A stretch of 64,000 nucleotides of DNA from NCBI RefSeq assembly GCF_964213995.1, contig NW_027590783.1:62001-126000 (forward strand), written 5' to 3'. The position numbers were made by a program, and so were the translations under genes. Every line of letters starts with the position of its first letter. Positions within the stretch are counted from its first letter, which is position 1. Below the pieces are notes generated by a model, which saw only the letters and a program-made list of their open reading frames with translations, was not told the DNA's origin and ran no database searches. Source of the DNA: Mustelus asterias. Its lineage: Eukaryota. Positions 22,866 through 36,231 of this stretch are shown piece by piece.

Positions 22866-22992
22866 ACAACCTGATGAAGGAGCAGTGCTCCTGAAAGCTC
22901 GCAATTCCAAATAAGCTTGTTGGACTTTAACCTGGTGTTGTGAGAATTCTTACTGTACCCACTCCAGTCCAACGCCGGCATCTTTGCATCAT
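22866..22992 (+). mobile_element. Penelope-like element terminal-repeat remnant with minimal hammerhead core
   Basis: CTGATGA-AGGAGCAGTGCTCCT-GAAAGCTC, followed by AATAAG...TGTTGGACT...AACCTGGTGTTG...CAGTCCAAC. Confidence 0.7.
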
Positions 22993-23699
22993 GATATAAA
23001 TAACAGGATTACAGACAGTGAGACTTTATTCCCTACCCAGGAATTAAAGTGATGGACTTGAACTTTCGAAGTGAAGTTCAAATCCTATCATGTACACGTC
23101 CCATCATTCCTCGTTCTCACCAGATATTTTCAGAATTAACCTGGCTCTTGTGATAACCACCGAACTACAGAAACACGGTGATGACCTCAGGGCAAGCAGA
23201 TCCGGTTTACTGGAGAAACAACTAGACTGGCTCCAGAAGCCCATCTTTTGCCCACAGCAATTGCTATGACATTGTCTCTGCTGGTTTCTCCTGTCAAAAT
23301 GAGTAATGATACATCCTACTGCATTAACGTTTCGTAATAACATGTTCGAGAAAAAGTATTCATGACGTGTAAAACAAATCAACCGAACACCTGACATTTG
23401 CGGCATTTGATCACTTTCCCCCACAAATGCTGCTGCCTCGAATTCAATGCCTCAGAACACTCACCGACCCTTTTAACAGAGGTGATTCCTATCAGATCTG
23501 GTGCTGCAGGGAACGGAATTAATGGAGTAGGATTGGCTCACATGTCCCATGGAGTCTCCTCCACAATTTAAGGAGATCATGACGAATCCCAGGAATCAAC
23601 ATCAATTTCCAAACGTATCCTGATGGCCCTTCATTCCCTTAGATTCCAAAAATATCTCCCCTGAAACTTCAATATTCTAATTAACTGAGGATCTACAGA

Positions 23700-23830
23700 C
23701 CTCTGGCGAAGGGTCATCCAGACTCGAAACGTTGGCTCTGTTCTCTCTCCATAGATGCTGCCAGACCTGCTGTGATGTTCCAGCATTGCCTGTTTTTGTT
23801 TCAGATTCCAGCAACCGCAGTATTTTGCTT
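23700..23830 (+). mobile_element. Penelope-derived short element; same family as the palindromic copies at ~25066-25262, ~35858-36105 and ~49719-49850
   Basis: CTG..GAAGGGTCATCCAGACTCGAAACGTT...AGATGCTGCCAGACCTGCTG...TTCAGATTCCAGCA..CGCAGTA motif. Confidence 0.6.
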
Positions 23831-24215
23831 TTCGCGCCACCATTTACATTCCCTTTGATTTTTTTCCCATCACAACTTTGTCAACTCTTACCCACGGCTC
23901 CCACCCTCACACAGCATCTCCCACACTTAAAGTATCAACCTTGTCCTCTTTTCCTGTCTTCAGCTTTGATGACTGACCATACAGATTTGAAATGTTGGCT
24001 CTATTCTCTCTCCGGAGAGGCCGTCATGCCTGTTGAGATTTTCGAGCATTTTAAGTTTGTCTTTTAAGTTCCAGAATCTGCAGTAATTTGCTGTTGGCTG
24101 AAGGAGTCATTCGTGTTCGATCGAAACATTAGTTTTTTTTTCCCCGACAAACCTTTCGCGAGTATTTGAAAAACGCTGCAATGTATCGGTCAGATTAAAA
24201 TGCTTGCTTGAATCT

Positions 24216-24287
24216 TCCCTGGTGGTCTAGTGGTTAGGATTTGGCGCTTTCACCGCCGCGGCCCGGGTTCGATTCCCGGTCAGGGAA
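24216..24287 (+). tRNA. tRNA-Glu(TTC)
   Basis: TCCCTGGTGGTCTAGTGGTTAGGATTTGGCGCTTTCACCGCCGCGGCCCGGGTTCGATTCCCGGTCAGGGAA; intact cloverleaf. Confidence 0.93.
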
Positions 24288-25273
24288 TAGAGGCTTTATT
24301 GCTGCCGCCCAACACATGATTACTTCCTGATCAATAACAGGAGTGATCATTGTGTCAGTTTGAACGACCTGAAGAAACAAAATAAACCCACTTGCACAAT
24401 CCCGTCAATTGTCCCCGGCAACTTTTCATGACATTCCCCTTGCTGCTTCCTCCTGTCAAAATGAATAATAATACATTCGACCCCACTAAATTTCACTGTA
24501 GCTCACCACATTGACAGATCATTCGTAACCTCTGCGTCTTCTGTAGCTTCTTGTGGTAAATCTGCTGAACAACATCAGAGATTTGTATCTCATTGATCAT
24601 CATTACTGTCTCCATTCCCTCATTCCAGGTCACTGTCGCTACAGACATAGTCACACAGTCATTCTACCTTCTGCAGCAAATGATATTCTCTTCCTTTGCT
24701 TTCAGATACTTTCCCCTCCAGAAACTGATTACACGCTCAGTAAAATGTTCTGTTTAGTTGGCAGTTTATCATCAATTCTGGGTCTTGGTGGTGAATGGAT
24801 TGAGTCTGAACGACTTGACCACCCGGCCTCCACCATCGCCAGCTAAATCTTGCCTTATCCATCACTGCTTGTTTCATTTAATCATCCTCCCTTGCTTTAT
24901 ATCACAGAACATCCGTTTTGTTCTTTTCACAAGCTGATTCATGGCGTTACCATCAGAAAATGTTGAAAATACTCGGCAGTTAATGATTCGTGGCAAATGC
25001 GTGATTAATTCTGAAAGCTGAGTTACTCTGAAATTGAAAACATTTGGAAATGTTTCTGTAAAGATGAAATACTGCTGAGGCTGGAACCTGAAACACACAA
25101 AAAGAATACTGGAAAATCTCAGCAGGTCTGGCAGCATCTGTGAAGTGAGAACAGAGCCAGTGTGTCGAATCAGGAAATCTGATGAAGGGTCATCCAGATT
25201 TGAAACGCTGGTTTCCCCACAGATGCCGTCAGTTCTGCTGAGATTTTCCAACATTTTCTGTTCCTGTTTAATA

Positions 25274-25345
25274 CATTTCTGCCCAGGATTGAACCAGGAA
25301 ACTTGCGTGTGTACGGCGAACGTGATAATTATCAGAAACGCTGCG
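25274..25345 (-). pseudogene. tRNA-Val pseudogene (further Val relics at ~21960-22010, ~26290-26358 and ~35045-35082, all minus strand)
   Basis: Plus strand TTTCTGCCC...GAACC...GGCGAACGTGATAA is the reverse complement of tRNA-Val. Confidence 0.6.
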
Positions 25346-27186
25346 GTGAAACGATGTAAGGAAACTGGCTCCACAAACACGTCAATTGCCCACAGCAATT
25401 TATATTTGCATTGTGTCTACTGGTACCTGCTGTTGACATGTTTAACGACACATTCTACTGCATGGAATTCACGTGTTAACATGCACGACCTACCTTGGAT
25501 TAAGTTGATCTTTCTCTACACCCTAGCTGTGACTGTAACAGTACATTCTGCAATATTTCGTTTCCTTCCCGATGAACGATATGCTTTGTCTGTGTAGCGC
25601 GCAAGAAAAATACTTTTCACTGTATGCTAATGCATGTGACAATAAAAAATCAAATCAAAGGTACTCCATGAAGTTAATTAATTGAAAATTCAGCAGTGAT
25701 TGGTTTCGACCATACGCCTTAATCAAGACTTCAATGCTGTCAGCAGACGTCATTGGTACCGGATCTGGTATTGATAGTGAACAGAATCAATGAAGTAGAA
25801 CTGGGTCACATGTCCCATTGAGCCTCCTCCACGATTGATTCAAGGCAGATCCGCCACCTCAACCCCAATTTCCCAGCTTATCCCAATAGCCCTTCATTCC
25901 CTTAGATTTCAGAAACCACTCCAACTCAACCCTCCAGTGTCCTCATCGACTGAGGATCCACACACCTCTGGCCGGCTGCAGAATTCTAAACATTCACAAG
26001 CCTTTGAGAGAAGAAATATCTCCATACCTTCGTCATAAATGGCTGACACATGATCCAGAGAATGTAAGCCCAGGGTGCCTGACCGAGACTGTTGTCGCCA
26101 CCTTAACCCACTTAAGCCCACACATTTCCCATGGATAATCCATCAAACCGACATCAGCTGCACACGGACAGCATTTTTTCCAATAATTGATGAAGAACAA
26201 ATTAATATTTTGGTTGATCCATATTCAGTTCACATCCAACAACGAACTACAATCGGGCAACTTTCCAGCAGTAAATTTCGATCGTGTTCAACCCCGTTTC
26301 GAATCGGGGAGCCTATCCTGGATGATATGAAGATGATAACCCCTACACTATAGAAACTCTGCTCATGACCAATGTGACCGGCCGAGAATATCAAACCGTG
26401 CAGTCTGATTGCAATTTAGAACCTTGTTTTCTCCTATTCCAATTCGGCTGGAAACCTTAGCAATGTGGCATATTCATTGATCTAACGTAAGATTCAGAAA
26501 ATAATATTTGTCCCAATTGTTTTCCTTTCTCTCTGACTGCAGTTGTACAATATTATTCAGGACATGGCGAAGTGTAAATGTCCTATGGCTGTGAGACAAT
26601 GTAATGCCTTAATATTTAACAAAACAAATTTGAAATGAGTCAGTTGTTTTGAAAATATTTTGCCGCTTTGCAAACGCAACAATCGCTATAATTCAGAAAC
26701 AGCTAACGCATGGAGGTATTTAGATTTTTATGTGTCCACAGATGCTGCCAAATCAGCAGAGAATGTCTACCATCAGCTGTTTATATTATAAATACAGGTT
26801 TTATCACAATATAAAATACACAGAAAGTCGGTAATGATCAGTGGAATGACGATAGTCTTAAACTTTAACGGTGCTTTTAAACCTACACAATGCTGAGGTG
26901 GAAAGCAGATAGTTTGAAGCGATGAACATCTGCTGTGTGTTACCTCATCCGTTTCACAGGATCAGCATGATGAGATGGGTCGGTTTTGGAAATTGCAAGA
27001 TACACATGAACAGCCTGTGAGACCTCACTGTTGATTCCTTGTTCCAGACAGCAACAATTAGTGTTTCATTGGCTGAAGGAGTCACACGTGTTCTTTCTGG
27101 ATGTGATTTTTGTCCAACAAATATTTCTTGTGCATTTAAAAAAATTCTGAAGTGGAAAAGTCAGGCTAAACGTTGCCTCGTTATCT

Positions 27187-27258
27187 TCCCTGATGGTCTA
27201 ATGATTAGGATTCGGCGCTCCCACTGCCACGACCCGCATTCGATTCCCGGTCAATGAA
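27187..27258 (+). pseudogene. tRNA-Glu pseudogene
   Basis: Glu scaffold with anticodon mutated to CCC and broken acceptor and T stems. Confidence 0.75.
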
Positions 27259-28439
27259 AATTTATTGAATGCGCGTGAATGAAGAGGAGCTGGAATTATT
27301 TCCTGATTGAAAACAGGAATAATAGTTGACCCAGTTTGAACTGCGGTGAGAAACAAAATCGCTAATTTTCACAATCTTGTCAATTATCCCCAGCAACTTA
27401 TTGCCTCTGCTGGTTCCTCCTGTCAAAATGAATACCATTCATTTTGCTGCATGAAATCTGAGCTACTTACAAACTTCTCGTCAGAAATGGAATAAAACTG
27501 CATTTCTTGTACAAACGCAACCAAATCGGCATCAACATTCATAAGTTTCTCACTTTTGAAACCTCATTGGAGGATCGATACATAAACAATTCATCCAGAC
27601 ACTCGTGTGGCAGAGGATTCCACAGGTTCACCACCCTCAGAGTAAAGATATTTCTCCGTGTCGCAGATCGAACTGGCTCCCCTGTATCCTGCAATTATGA
27701 ACACTTGTTCCAGAGCCGTCCCCCTCGCAGCCATCGCAAACCACACCCAACTGTCGAGTCTATAAAGCCTTGTCAAAATTGTGTAAGTTTCAGTGACATC
27801 CCCTCTCATTCTTTAATTTATTTGTTCGTCACAAATCCAGCTTATATTAGCACTGCAGTGAAGCTACCCGAGTCGTCACAGTTCATGTCAATGCACCTAA
27901 TTAGCACGTCTTTCAGAACGTGGGAGGAAACCGCAGCACTCGGAAGAAACCCACACAGACATGGGGAAAACCCGCACAACCAGTGATTCAAGCCGGGAAT
28001 CGAACAGGGTCCAGCGAGCTGTGTGACAGTGGCGCTAATCACTAACCATTCTTCTATTCTCCAGAACCACGAGCAAGAAATTTGGAATGAGAGTAGCTCT
28101 TTCACTGAACACACTTGAGGCTGGGATGGACAGATTTCTGATTGAACCGGGAATGAAGTGGAGTGGGTGGGAAAATTAAATTGAAACCCAGGATTAACCA
28201 TGAGTTAAAGTTTCGCGTTCAGTTATTAAGTTTAATAGTATTTGAAATATATAAATTACTACAAATGTGTTTGGGATGAATATTCACTGAATTAGTAATG
28301 TCGATAACACCGGTTAACAGCAGAGCTGGAAGCACATGAGAAATACTTTCATTGACGCCCATGGACGAAATGAAAAAGAAAAACTAAAACTATGTAACAA
28401 TAAAAGCTGGTGGGGGAAACTGAAACACAGCGGCAGTGC

Positions 28440-28513
28440 CGTCTCCGGACGGTCTCGAATCACCAATCTTTCGGTTAATAACCATGTTCGCTGACCGATC
28501 GCGCCAGAGAGGA
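28440..28513 (-). pseudogene. tRNA-Asn pseudogene
   Basis: Reverse complement of the tRNA-Asn scaffold (CTCGAA.CACCAA.CTTTCGGTTAA...CGCT.ACCGAT.GCGCCA.AGAG). Its flank is an inverted paralogue of 63520-64000. Confidence 0.7.
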
Positions 28514-28911
28514 TGACACGGCTGTAGCAACGCACGACATTCTTAATCAGGCTGGAAGCTTTTTCTCTGCAAATTTGACGCCAGTTCGATTTGCACCAAA
28601 CCTGATACAGGAAGACCACATGATGATATAGTTTACAAATCTAAACAAGTTCCTTCGACTACTTTACCTCCACAGTGTTGTTTTGATGCAGTGGTTAAAT
28701 CCTTCTGCCAAAAATGGAAAAAGGGCCGTTTGATAGAACAGATATGGACAAACTATTTCCATTGACTTGAGTCAGTAAACAGAGGACTGGGATTGAAGAT
28801 CATTAAATACTTGCATTTTTATAGAGCCTCTTCCGACCAGCGGACGTCATAAAGAACTTTCCAACCACTGAAGGACTGTCAGAAATACAAAAAAATCCAG
28901 TTAAATACTGA

Positions 28912-28984
28912 AGAGGACATCCCGAATTGAACAAGGAACCTTTTGATATGCAGTCAAATGTTCAACAACTGAGCGTCAAGCCTC
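28912..28984 (-). pseudogene. tRNA-Cys(GCA) pseudogene
   Basis: TTGAAC...ACC..TTGAT.TGCAGTCAAATG...ACTGAGC is the reverse complement of tRNA-Cys. Confidence 0.65.
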
Positions 28985-29748
28985 TGCCTTTGTCGTCCTT
29001 AAGCGTCTGTCACGCTCACCGTCTATGTTTACGTTTGCTCCTCTGTGTGCGTCACTGTGGTTATGTACCCGGAGGGAACATGTGGACATATTTTTAGCAT
29101 CAAATCTCTGTTCACTTACTGTATAAATCTTCACGCTAAATGGTACAAAAAATAACAAAAGCTTTGAAGTTGTAAGAGGAAATAACACTTCTTTCGTGAA
29201 TGGAGACTTTATTGAGTCAGTTCCCGCATGTTTCATAGCGGAAGCTGATTAAAATTTCACTGATCAACATTTAAACGGGCAGTGGATTTGCTCGGTGTGA
29301 TGGTGCGTTACAGTTCTATATCTACAATCAGAGCATCAATTTCTATCAGTTACTGAGAATGACAATAGGTTTGATAATATGTGCAGGACTGATATAATTT
29401 GTCTAATTTTATTTGAATTCGACATTGCTAAATCTATTGCTATCATTGTGTCCCTGCAATGCAGAATTAGGACATGCGGCCCACCAATTCTGAACCAAAT
29501 CTCTGATATAGCATCTTACACAGTTCTAAATGATCAGCGCCACATCCTGAGACTGTGTCCCCGTCCTTTAGATTCTCTGACCAGCGGAAACAATCTCCTT
29601 TCTTTCGTCTGACTCCAGAGAATAAACACCCAATTTACTCAGCCTTTCATAAGAACATAAGAACATAAGAAATAGGAGCAGGAGTAGGCCATCTAGCCCC
29701 TCGAACCTGCCCCGCCATTCAATAAGATCATGGCTGATCTGACGTGGA

Positions 29749-32700
29749 TCAGTACCACTTACCCGCCTGATCCCCATAACCCTTAATTCCCTTACCGATC
29801 AGGAATCCATCCATCCGCGCTTTAAACATATTCAGCGAGGTAGCCTCCACCACCTCAGTGGGCAGAGAATTCCAGAGATTCACCACCCTCTGGGAGAAGA
29901 CGTTCCTCCTCAACTCTGTCTTAAACCGACCCCCCTTTATTTTGAGGCTGTGTCCTCTAGTTTTAACTTCCTTACTAAGTGGAAAGAATCTCTCCGCCTC
30001 CACCCTATCCAGCCCCCGCATTATCTTATAAGTCTCCATAAGATCCCCCCTCATCCTTCCAAACTCCAACGAGTACAAAGCCAATCTCCTCAGCCTCTCC
30101 TCATAATCCAAACCCCTCATCTCCGGTATCAACCTGGTGAACCTTCTCTGCACTCCCTCCAATGCCAATATATCCTTCCTCATATAAGGGGACCAATACT
30201 GCACACAGTATTCCAGCTGCGGCCTCACCAATGCCCTGTACAGGTGCATCAAGACATCCCTGCTTTTATATTCTATCCCCTTCGCAATATAGGCCAACAT
30301 CCCATTTGCCTTCTTGATCACCTGTTGTACCTGCAGACTGGGCTTTTGCGTCTCATGCACAAGGACCCCCAGGTCCCTTTGCACGGTAGCATGTTTTAAT
30401 TTGTTTCCATTGAGATAGTAATCCCATTTGTTATTATTTCCTCCAAAGTGTATAACCTCGCATTTCTCAACGTTATACTCCATTTGCCATATCCTCGCCC
30501 ACTCACTCAGCCTGTCCAAATCTCTCTGCAGATCTTCTCCGTCCTCCACACGATTCACTTTTCCACTTATCTTTGTGTCGTCTGCAAACTTCGTTACCCT
30601 ACACTCCGTCCCCTCCTCCAGATCATCTATATAAATGGTAAATAGTTGCGGCCCGAGTACCGATCCCAGCGGCACGCCACTAGTTACCTTCCTCCAACCG
30701 GAAAAACACCCATTTATTCCGACTCTTTGCTTCCTGTCGGATAGCCAGTCCCCAATCCACTTTAACACACTACTCCCAACTCCGTGTGCCCTAATCTTCT
30801 TCAGCAGCCTTTTATGGGGCACCTTATCAAACGCCTTTTGGAAATCCAAGAACACCGCATCCACCGGTTCTCCTCCATTAACCGCCCTAGTCACATCTTC
30901 ATAAAAATCCAACATGTTCGTCAAGCACGACTTTCCCCTCATGAATCCATGCTGCGTCTGATTGATGGAACCATTTCTATCCAGATGCCCTGCTATCTCC
31001 TCTTTAATAATGGATTCCAGCATTTTCCCTACTACAGACGTTAAGCTGACCGGCCTATGGTTACCCCCCTTTTGTCTCCTTCCTTTTTTAAACAGCGGCG
31101 TAACATTAGCCGTTTTCCAATCAACCGGCACTACCCCAGAATGCAACGAGTTTTGATAAACAATCACTAACGCATCCACTATTACCTCTGACATTTCTTT
31201 CAATACCCTGGGATGCATTCCATCCGGACCCGGGGACTTGTCCACCTTCAGTCCCATTAGTCTACCCAGCACTGCCTCTCTGGTAACATTAATTGTATTA
31301 AGTATTTCTCCTGCTGCCAACCCTCTATCGTTAATATTTGGCAAACTATTTGTGTCCTCCACCGTGAAGACCGACACAAAAAACTTATTTAAAGACTCAG
31401 CCATATCCTCATTTCCCACTATTAACTCCCCCCTCTCGTCCTCCAAGGGTCCAGCATTCACTCTAGCCACTCTATTCCTTTTTATATCTTTATAAAAACT
31501 TTTACTATCATTTTTTATATTAATTGCTAGCCTAGCTTCATAGTCTATCCTTCTTTTCTTTATCGCTTTCTTAGTCTCTCTTTGTTGTTTCTTAAATTTT
31601 TCCCAATCACTTGTTTCTCCACTATTTTTGGCCACTCTGTACGCAGCTGTTTTTATTTTAATGCTCTCCTTTATTTCCTTCATTATCCACGGCTGGTTCT
31701 CCCTTTTCTTACAATCCTTGTTTTTTGCTGGAATATATTTTTGCTGAGAACTGAAAAGGATCTCCTTAAAAATCCTCCACTGTTCCTCAGCTATCCTACC
31801 TGCCAGCCTGCTCTCCCAGTCTACCTCAGCCAATTCATCCCTCATCCTATCATATTTCCCTCTGTTCAAACAGAGGACACTGGTTTGGGACCAAACTTTC
31901 TCCTCTTCCATCTGAATCAGAAATTCGACCATATTGTGGTCACTAGACCCAAGAGGGTCCTTCACAATAAGATCCTTAATTCTACCTACCTCGTTACACA
32001 ATACCAGATCCAAAATAGCTCGTTCCCTCGTCGGTTCCGTAACATGCTGTTCAAGGAAACTATCCCGACAGCATTCTAAGAACTCTTCCTCCATTCCACC
32101 CTTACCGACTTGAGTCTGCCAGTCAATGTGCATGTTGAAGTCCCCCATGATTATTGCCGTTCCGTTTTTACACGCATCCCTTATCTGCTTGTTTATAGCC
32201 CTCCCTACCTCAACATTATTATTCGGGGGCCTATATACCACACCTACTAGTGTCTTTCTCCCTCTACTATTCCTCATCTCTACCCATAATGATTCCACGT
32301 TTTGTTCCTCAGAGCCTATGTCATCCCTCAGTACTACCCTGATATTATCTCTTATTAATAGCGCGACCCCACCACCTTTTCCTTCCTGTCTATTCTTCCT
32401 AAACGCCTGCTACCCCTGGATATTCATCTCCCAGTCCTGGTCACCATTCAGCCACGTTTCTGTAATGGCCACTAGATCGTACCCACTTGTGCTGATTTGC
32501 ACCATCAACTCATTTACCTTGTTCCGAATGCTTCGTGCATTCAGGCAAAGTGTCCTTATTCCAGCTTTTATCTGGACCCGCTTTGATGAGTCGCGAACAC
32601 CCTCTCCCTCTACTCCCTTATCTAAATTACCGCCTTCATTCACTTGCACCCTCTCCTCTACCATTAATTTTGTAATTCCCCTTACCCCTGCATCCTCCCC

Positions 32701-32754
32701 CCCATCAATTAGTTCCTTGATCCTAGTCAACTCTTCTAGCTCCCCTCCCCCCAA
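29749..32754 (-). pseudogene. CR1 ORF2: APE endonuclease plus reverse transcriptase, single in-frame stop
   Basis: LNARSI..K and AITETWL (32410-32754) continue in frame past one TAG at 32410-32412 into YRPP, MGDFN, SDH, QHGF and KFADD (849-aa ORF, 29749-32298). Confidence 0.93.
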
Positions 32755-32759
32755 CCTAT

Positions 32760-33698
32760 CTAGTTTAAATTCTCCCCAGTAGCCTTAGCCAACCTACCGG
32801 CCAGGATATTGGTCCCCGTGTGATTCAAGTTCCACCCGTTTTTTGTATACAGATCACCCCTGCCCCTAAAGAGGTCCCAATGGTCCAGGAACCTGAATCC
32901 CTGCCCCCTGCACCAGTCCCTCAGCCACACATTCATCTTCCACCTCACTCCATTCCTGCCCTCACCTTCCCGTGGCACAGGCAGTAATCCTGAGATTACT
33001 ACCTTTGCTTTCCTCTTTCTCAGCTGTCTCCCTAATTCCCTGTACTCCCTTTTCATGACCCCTTCCCCCTTCCTACCCACATCAGCGGTACCAATATGTA
33101 CCGCTACCTCAGGCTCCTCTCCCTCCCACCTCAGGTTTTCCGGGACGCGACTAGCGACATCCTGGATCCCGGCCTCAGGGAGGCAGACCACCATGCGAGA
33201 ATCCCGCCTACCTCCGCAGAAACGCCTGTCTGTCCCCTTCACCATCGAGTCCCCGATTAATACCGCCTTCCTCCTCTTTTCCTTAGCCCTCTGAGTTACA
33301 GGGCTGGACTCCACTGCGGAGACACGGCCACTGCTGCTTCCCCCAGGCGGGCTGTCCCCCCCAGCAGTATTCAAGCAGGAGTACTTGTTGTGCAGGGGCA
33401 AATCCACTGGGGTGCTCTCAACCACCCTAGCCTTACCCTTCCTGGCCGTCACCCACTTGGCCTCCTCCCGTGGCCCTGGTGTGACCACCTGATGATAGCT
33501 CTTGTCTATCACCTCCTCATTCTCCCTCATCAGCCTAAGATCCTCGAGCTGCAGTTCCAGCTCCCTAACACGGTCCCTCAGGAACCGCAGCTCGACACAC
33601 CCCTCACAGATGTGGATGTCCGGGAGGCCAGATGCCTCCAGGACCTCCCACATCCTACACTGGGAACAACACACTGGTTTCACACTCATACTGGACAC
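32760..33698 (-). CDS. CR1 ORF1 (Zn-finger/coiled-coil plus SGNH esterase domain)
   Basis: CSQCRMW...ICEGC...LRDRVRELELQL followed by IGDSMVKG, HIGTAD and DGWNLN-like SGNH blocks; open for 312 aa. Confidence 0.9.
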   Translation of the reverse strand: MSSMSVKPVCCSQCRMWEVLEASGLPDIHICEGCVELRFLRDRVRELELQLEDLRLMRENEEVIDKSYHQVVTPGPREEAKWVTARKGKARVVESTPVDLPLHNKYSCLNTAGGDSPPGGSSSGRVSAVESSPVTQRAKEKRRKAVLIGDSMVKGTDRRFCGGRRDSRMVVCLPEAGIQDVASRVPENLRWEGEEPEVAVHIGTADVGRKGEGVMKREYRELGRQLRKRKAKVVISGLLPVPREGEGRNGVRWKMNVWLRDWCRGQGFRFLDHWDLFRGRGDLYTKNGWNLNHTGTNILAGRLAKATGENLN

Positions 33699-34582
33699 TT
33701 TATGTCAAGTTAGACAGTGAAAAGTTAATAAGAATGTAAGGAAACAAAAACTCACCCCTGCTCGTCCAAGCCCTGTGAGCCAAAGCCCTGACAGCTCACT
33801 CAACTTCCCACTCACTCTGCTGCCCGCTACGATGCTGCCCGCTGTATACTTTGGTGCACTTTTAAACCCTCCAAAAACTTCCCCAGGCCACTCCTGGCCC
33901 TACTTCCGGTTTTGAAAAAAACCTCCGATTTTAAACCCAAAATTAACTGAAAAAATAAATAATTAATTAAAGTCAGAAAACCCACTCTCTTACCCTCAGC
34001 CTGCTCCTGGGAACAATGAAGCTGAACCTCCAAGGTAAGCCCTTTTTAAACCCTCCAAAAACTTCCCCAGGCCCCTCCTGGCCCGACTTCCGGTTTTGAA
34101 AAAAACCTCCGATTTTAAACCCAAAATTAACTGAAAAATTAAATAATTAATTAAAGTCAGAAAACCCACTCTCTTACCCTCAGCCTGCTCCTGGGAACAT
34201 CATCATAGGACAACTCCCTCATCTCAGGATCCAATCTTTCGAACATTCCCTCTGCAACCTCCAATGAAAGTCTATCAGTTCTCCACCGTGGGGATCAAAA
34301 CTGCACAGAATGTTGCAGCTGTGGTCTCAGAAGAACCAGGTTATAATTGTGGCAGACTTCTTGATTCTTCCATTTCATTCTCCTGATAATGAAGACCCAA
34401 ATACCCATTCATCACTTTGAACATCAACACATAACTTTCTCAACATTTTCAAGTAGGTCCTGTTCTTTCTACTTCTCTCCCTCCGTAACTAAATCTTCTT
34501 GCTCATTAATCTAAAATGTCTGTCTCCCCCCGACAGCTTATTTCACCATCTAACTTGTTACCGGAATCTCAAACGTAACCTC

Positions 34583-34646
34583 AGGCTCCAGCGAGAATTT
34601 GACTCGCGACCATTGGTTTACAAAAAAACAGTGCTGTAATGAAGCC
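34583..34646 (-). pseudogene. tRNA-Thr(TGT) pseudogene
   Basis: AGGCTCCAGCGAGA...ACTCGCGACC..TGGTTTACAA...CAGTGCT is the reverse complement of tRNA-Thr, with deletions. Confidence 0.6.
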
Positions 34647-35353
34647 AACTACTTGCGAAGATCGACAGTAAGTTTACCACAAACTGTGGAGCAGGCTGAA
34701 TTTTTGTTGGTTGATATTTGATGGGTGTGGAAATGTCTGAGATGTAGAACAGGGAGTTAAAATAATGTGACTTGAGAGCGGCAGATTTGGGCATGTATCA
34801 AATTCTTGAGTGAACAATGTTTGCGCCATGTGATTTATCTTCTGAGCTTGTTGTTGTTGTTACATCTCTGACTTTTCCAAGTCTGATACAAGATATCCAG
34901 CTGGAAGGTGAGTCTTGTTTTGCCCTTCACAGACACTGACTGAAAGCAGAAAATGCTGGTTACACGCAGCAACGCAGTTGATGCAAATGACGAATGCAAA
35001 TCATACTGAAATCGGAGCTGTTCTGAAATTGAAGTATTGGAATTTTTCGCGTGTGAGGCGAATTTGATAACCACTAAACTGCACATGTACAATGACGGGT
35101 TTTGAACTGGAGGATCTACTTTGCTGGAGGACGAACGAAGCTGGTTCCACAAGCCTATCAATTGCACACAGCAATTCATGTTTGCATTGCCTCTGCTCGT
35201 TCCTCCTGTCAAAATGAATAATGCTACATTCTACTGCATGAATTTTTAGTGATTACATGTTCGATTAATGACGTTAGAAGTAATGACGTTTAAAGTAAAT
35301 TGTAGAGTAACTGTTACATTGGATCTGCGGTTGGCTTAATAGCTTAGAAACTA

Positions 35354-35410
35354 GTAATCGTGTCCGAGTGATTAACGTGATCGAGTTAAAATCCATTGGG
35401 ATTTCCCGCT
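35354..35410 (+). pseudogene. tRNA-Ser 5' relic
   Basis: GTAATCGTGTCCGAGTGATTAA...AAATCCATTGGG compared with Ser consensus GTAGTCGTGGCCGAGTGGTTAA...AAATCCATTGGG. Confidence 0.55.
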
Positions 35411-36231
35411 TTTCATTATTCCTGCTTTTAATTGTATGTCTACAGAGTGAATTAAATCAAATCCATGCAAAAACTCGGGCGTGTTCCCATTTCCGTTAAT
35501 TCACAGAAGCATTCACGGATGCTGCAGCCGGAACTGGAACACCATCAGAACCATGTTAGTGTCAGGTTTGTTTTCATTGTGTTTGTCTCTCCTTAGGCCC
35601 CTGTCTCTCGGGTGTGTGTATTTGCTTCGTTTTCTCTGTGTCTCAATGTGCTTCAGTTCCCGATGGGAACGAACAGCTTGTTACCGTCACAAAATGATTC
35701 ATATTCGTTCAAAAGTTGAATCTCGAAATGTTACAGAGAAAAGATCAGAATGAAAGCTGTAAGAGGAGTTTGTAATGTTTGAAGGAACTGCAGCTAAGAA
35801 CTGGAAGATTTGAAATATGTTATTGATGGTTGAGAGGAACGCATTGTAACCTTGGGGATAAAAGCAAATTGCTGCGGATGCTGGAATCTGAAACCAAAAG
35901 GCGAAATGCTGGAAAATCTCAGCAGGTCCGGCAACATCTGTAAGGAAAGAAATGAGCAGATGTTTCGAGTCCAGATGGCCCTTTTCAAAGCTGACATTTC
36001 TAATTGAGCTTTGGAAAAGTGTCATCTGGACTCGAAACATCAGCTCCTTTCTCTCCTTACAGATTCTGGCAGACCTGCTGGGATTTTCCAGCATTTTCTC
36101 TTTTGGTAACCTTGGGGATGCTGTGGTCCGTTAATTGTAAACTTTGTAATCAGAACAAACTGAGACACCAGATTCGAACAACATTTGGGTTCATGCATAT
36201 TAAGAATCGGTCAAGGGTTATCACAGCAGTC

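Larger units (their letters stand above)
29649..34197 (-). mobile_element. Near full-length young CR1 LINE (5' UTR, ORF1, ORF2, 3' tail), inserted in an older CR1 fragment
   Basis: 3' tail (TTCTTATG)n at 29649, followed by ORF2 and ORF1. The 5' UTR has a ~185-bp tandem duplication (33860-34013 / 34045-34197). The flanks (~29520-29650 and ~34198-34400) join into an older CR1. Confidence 0.95.
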
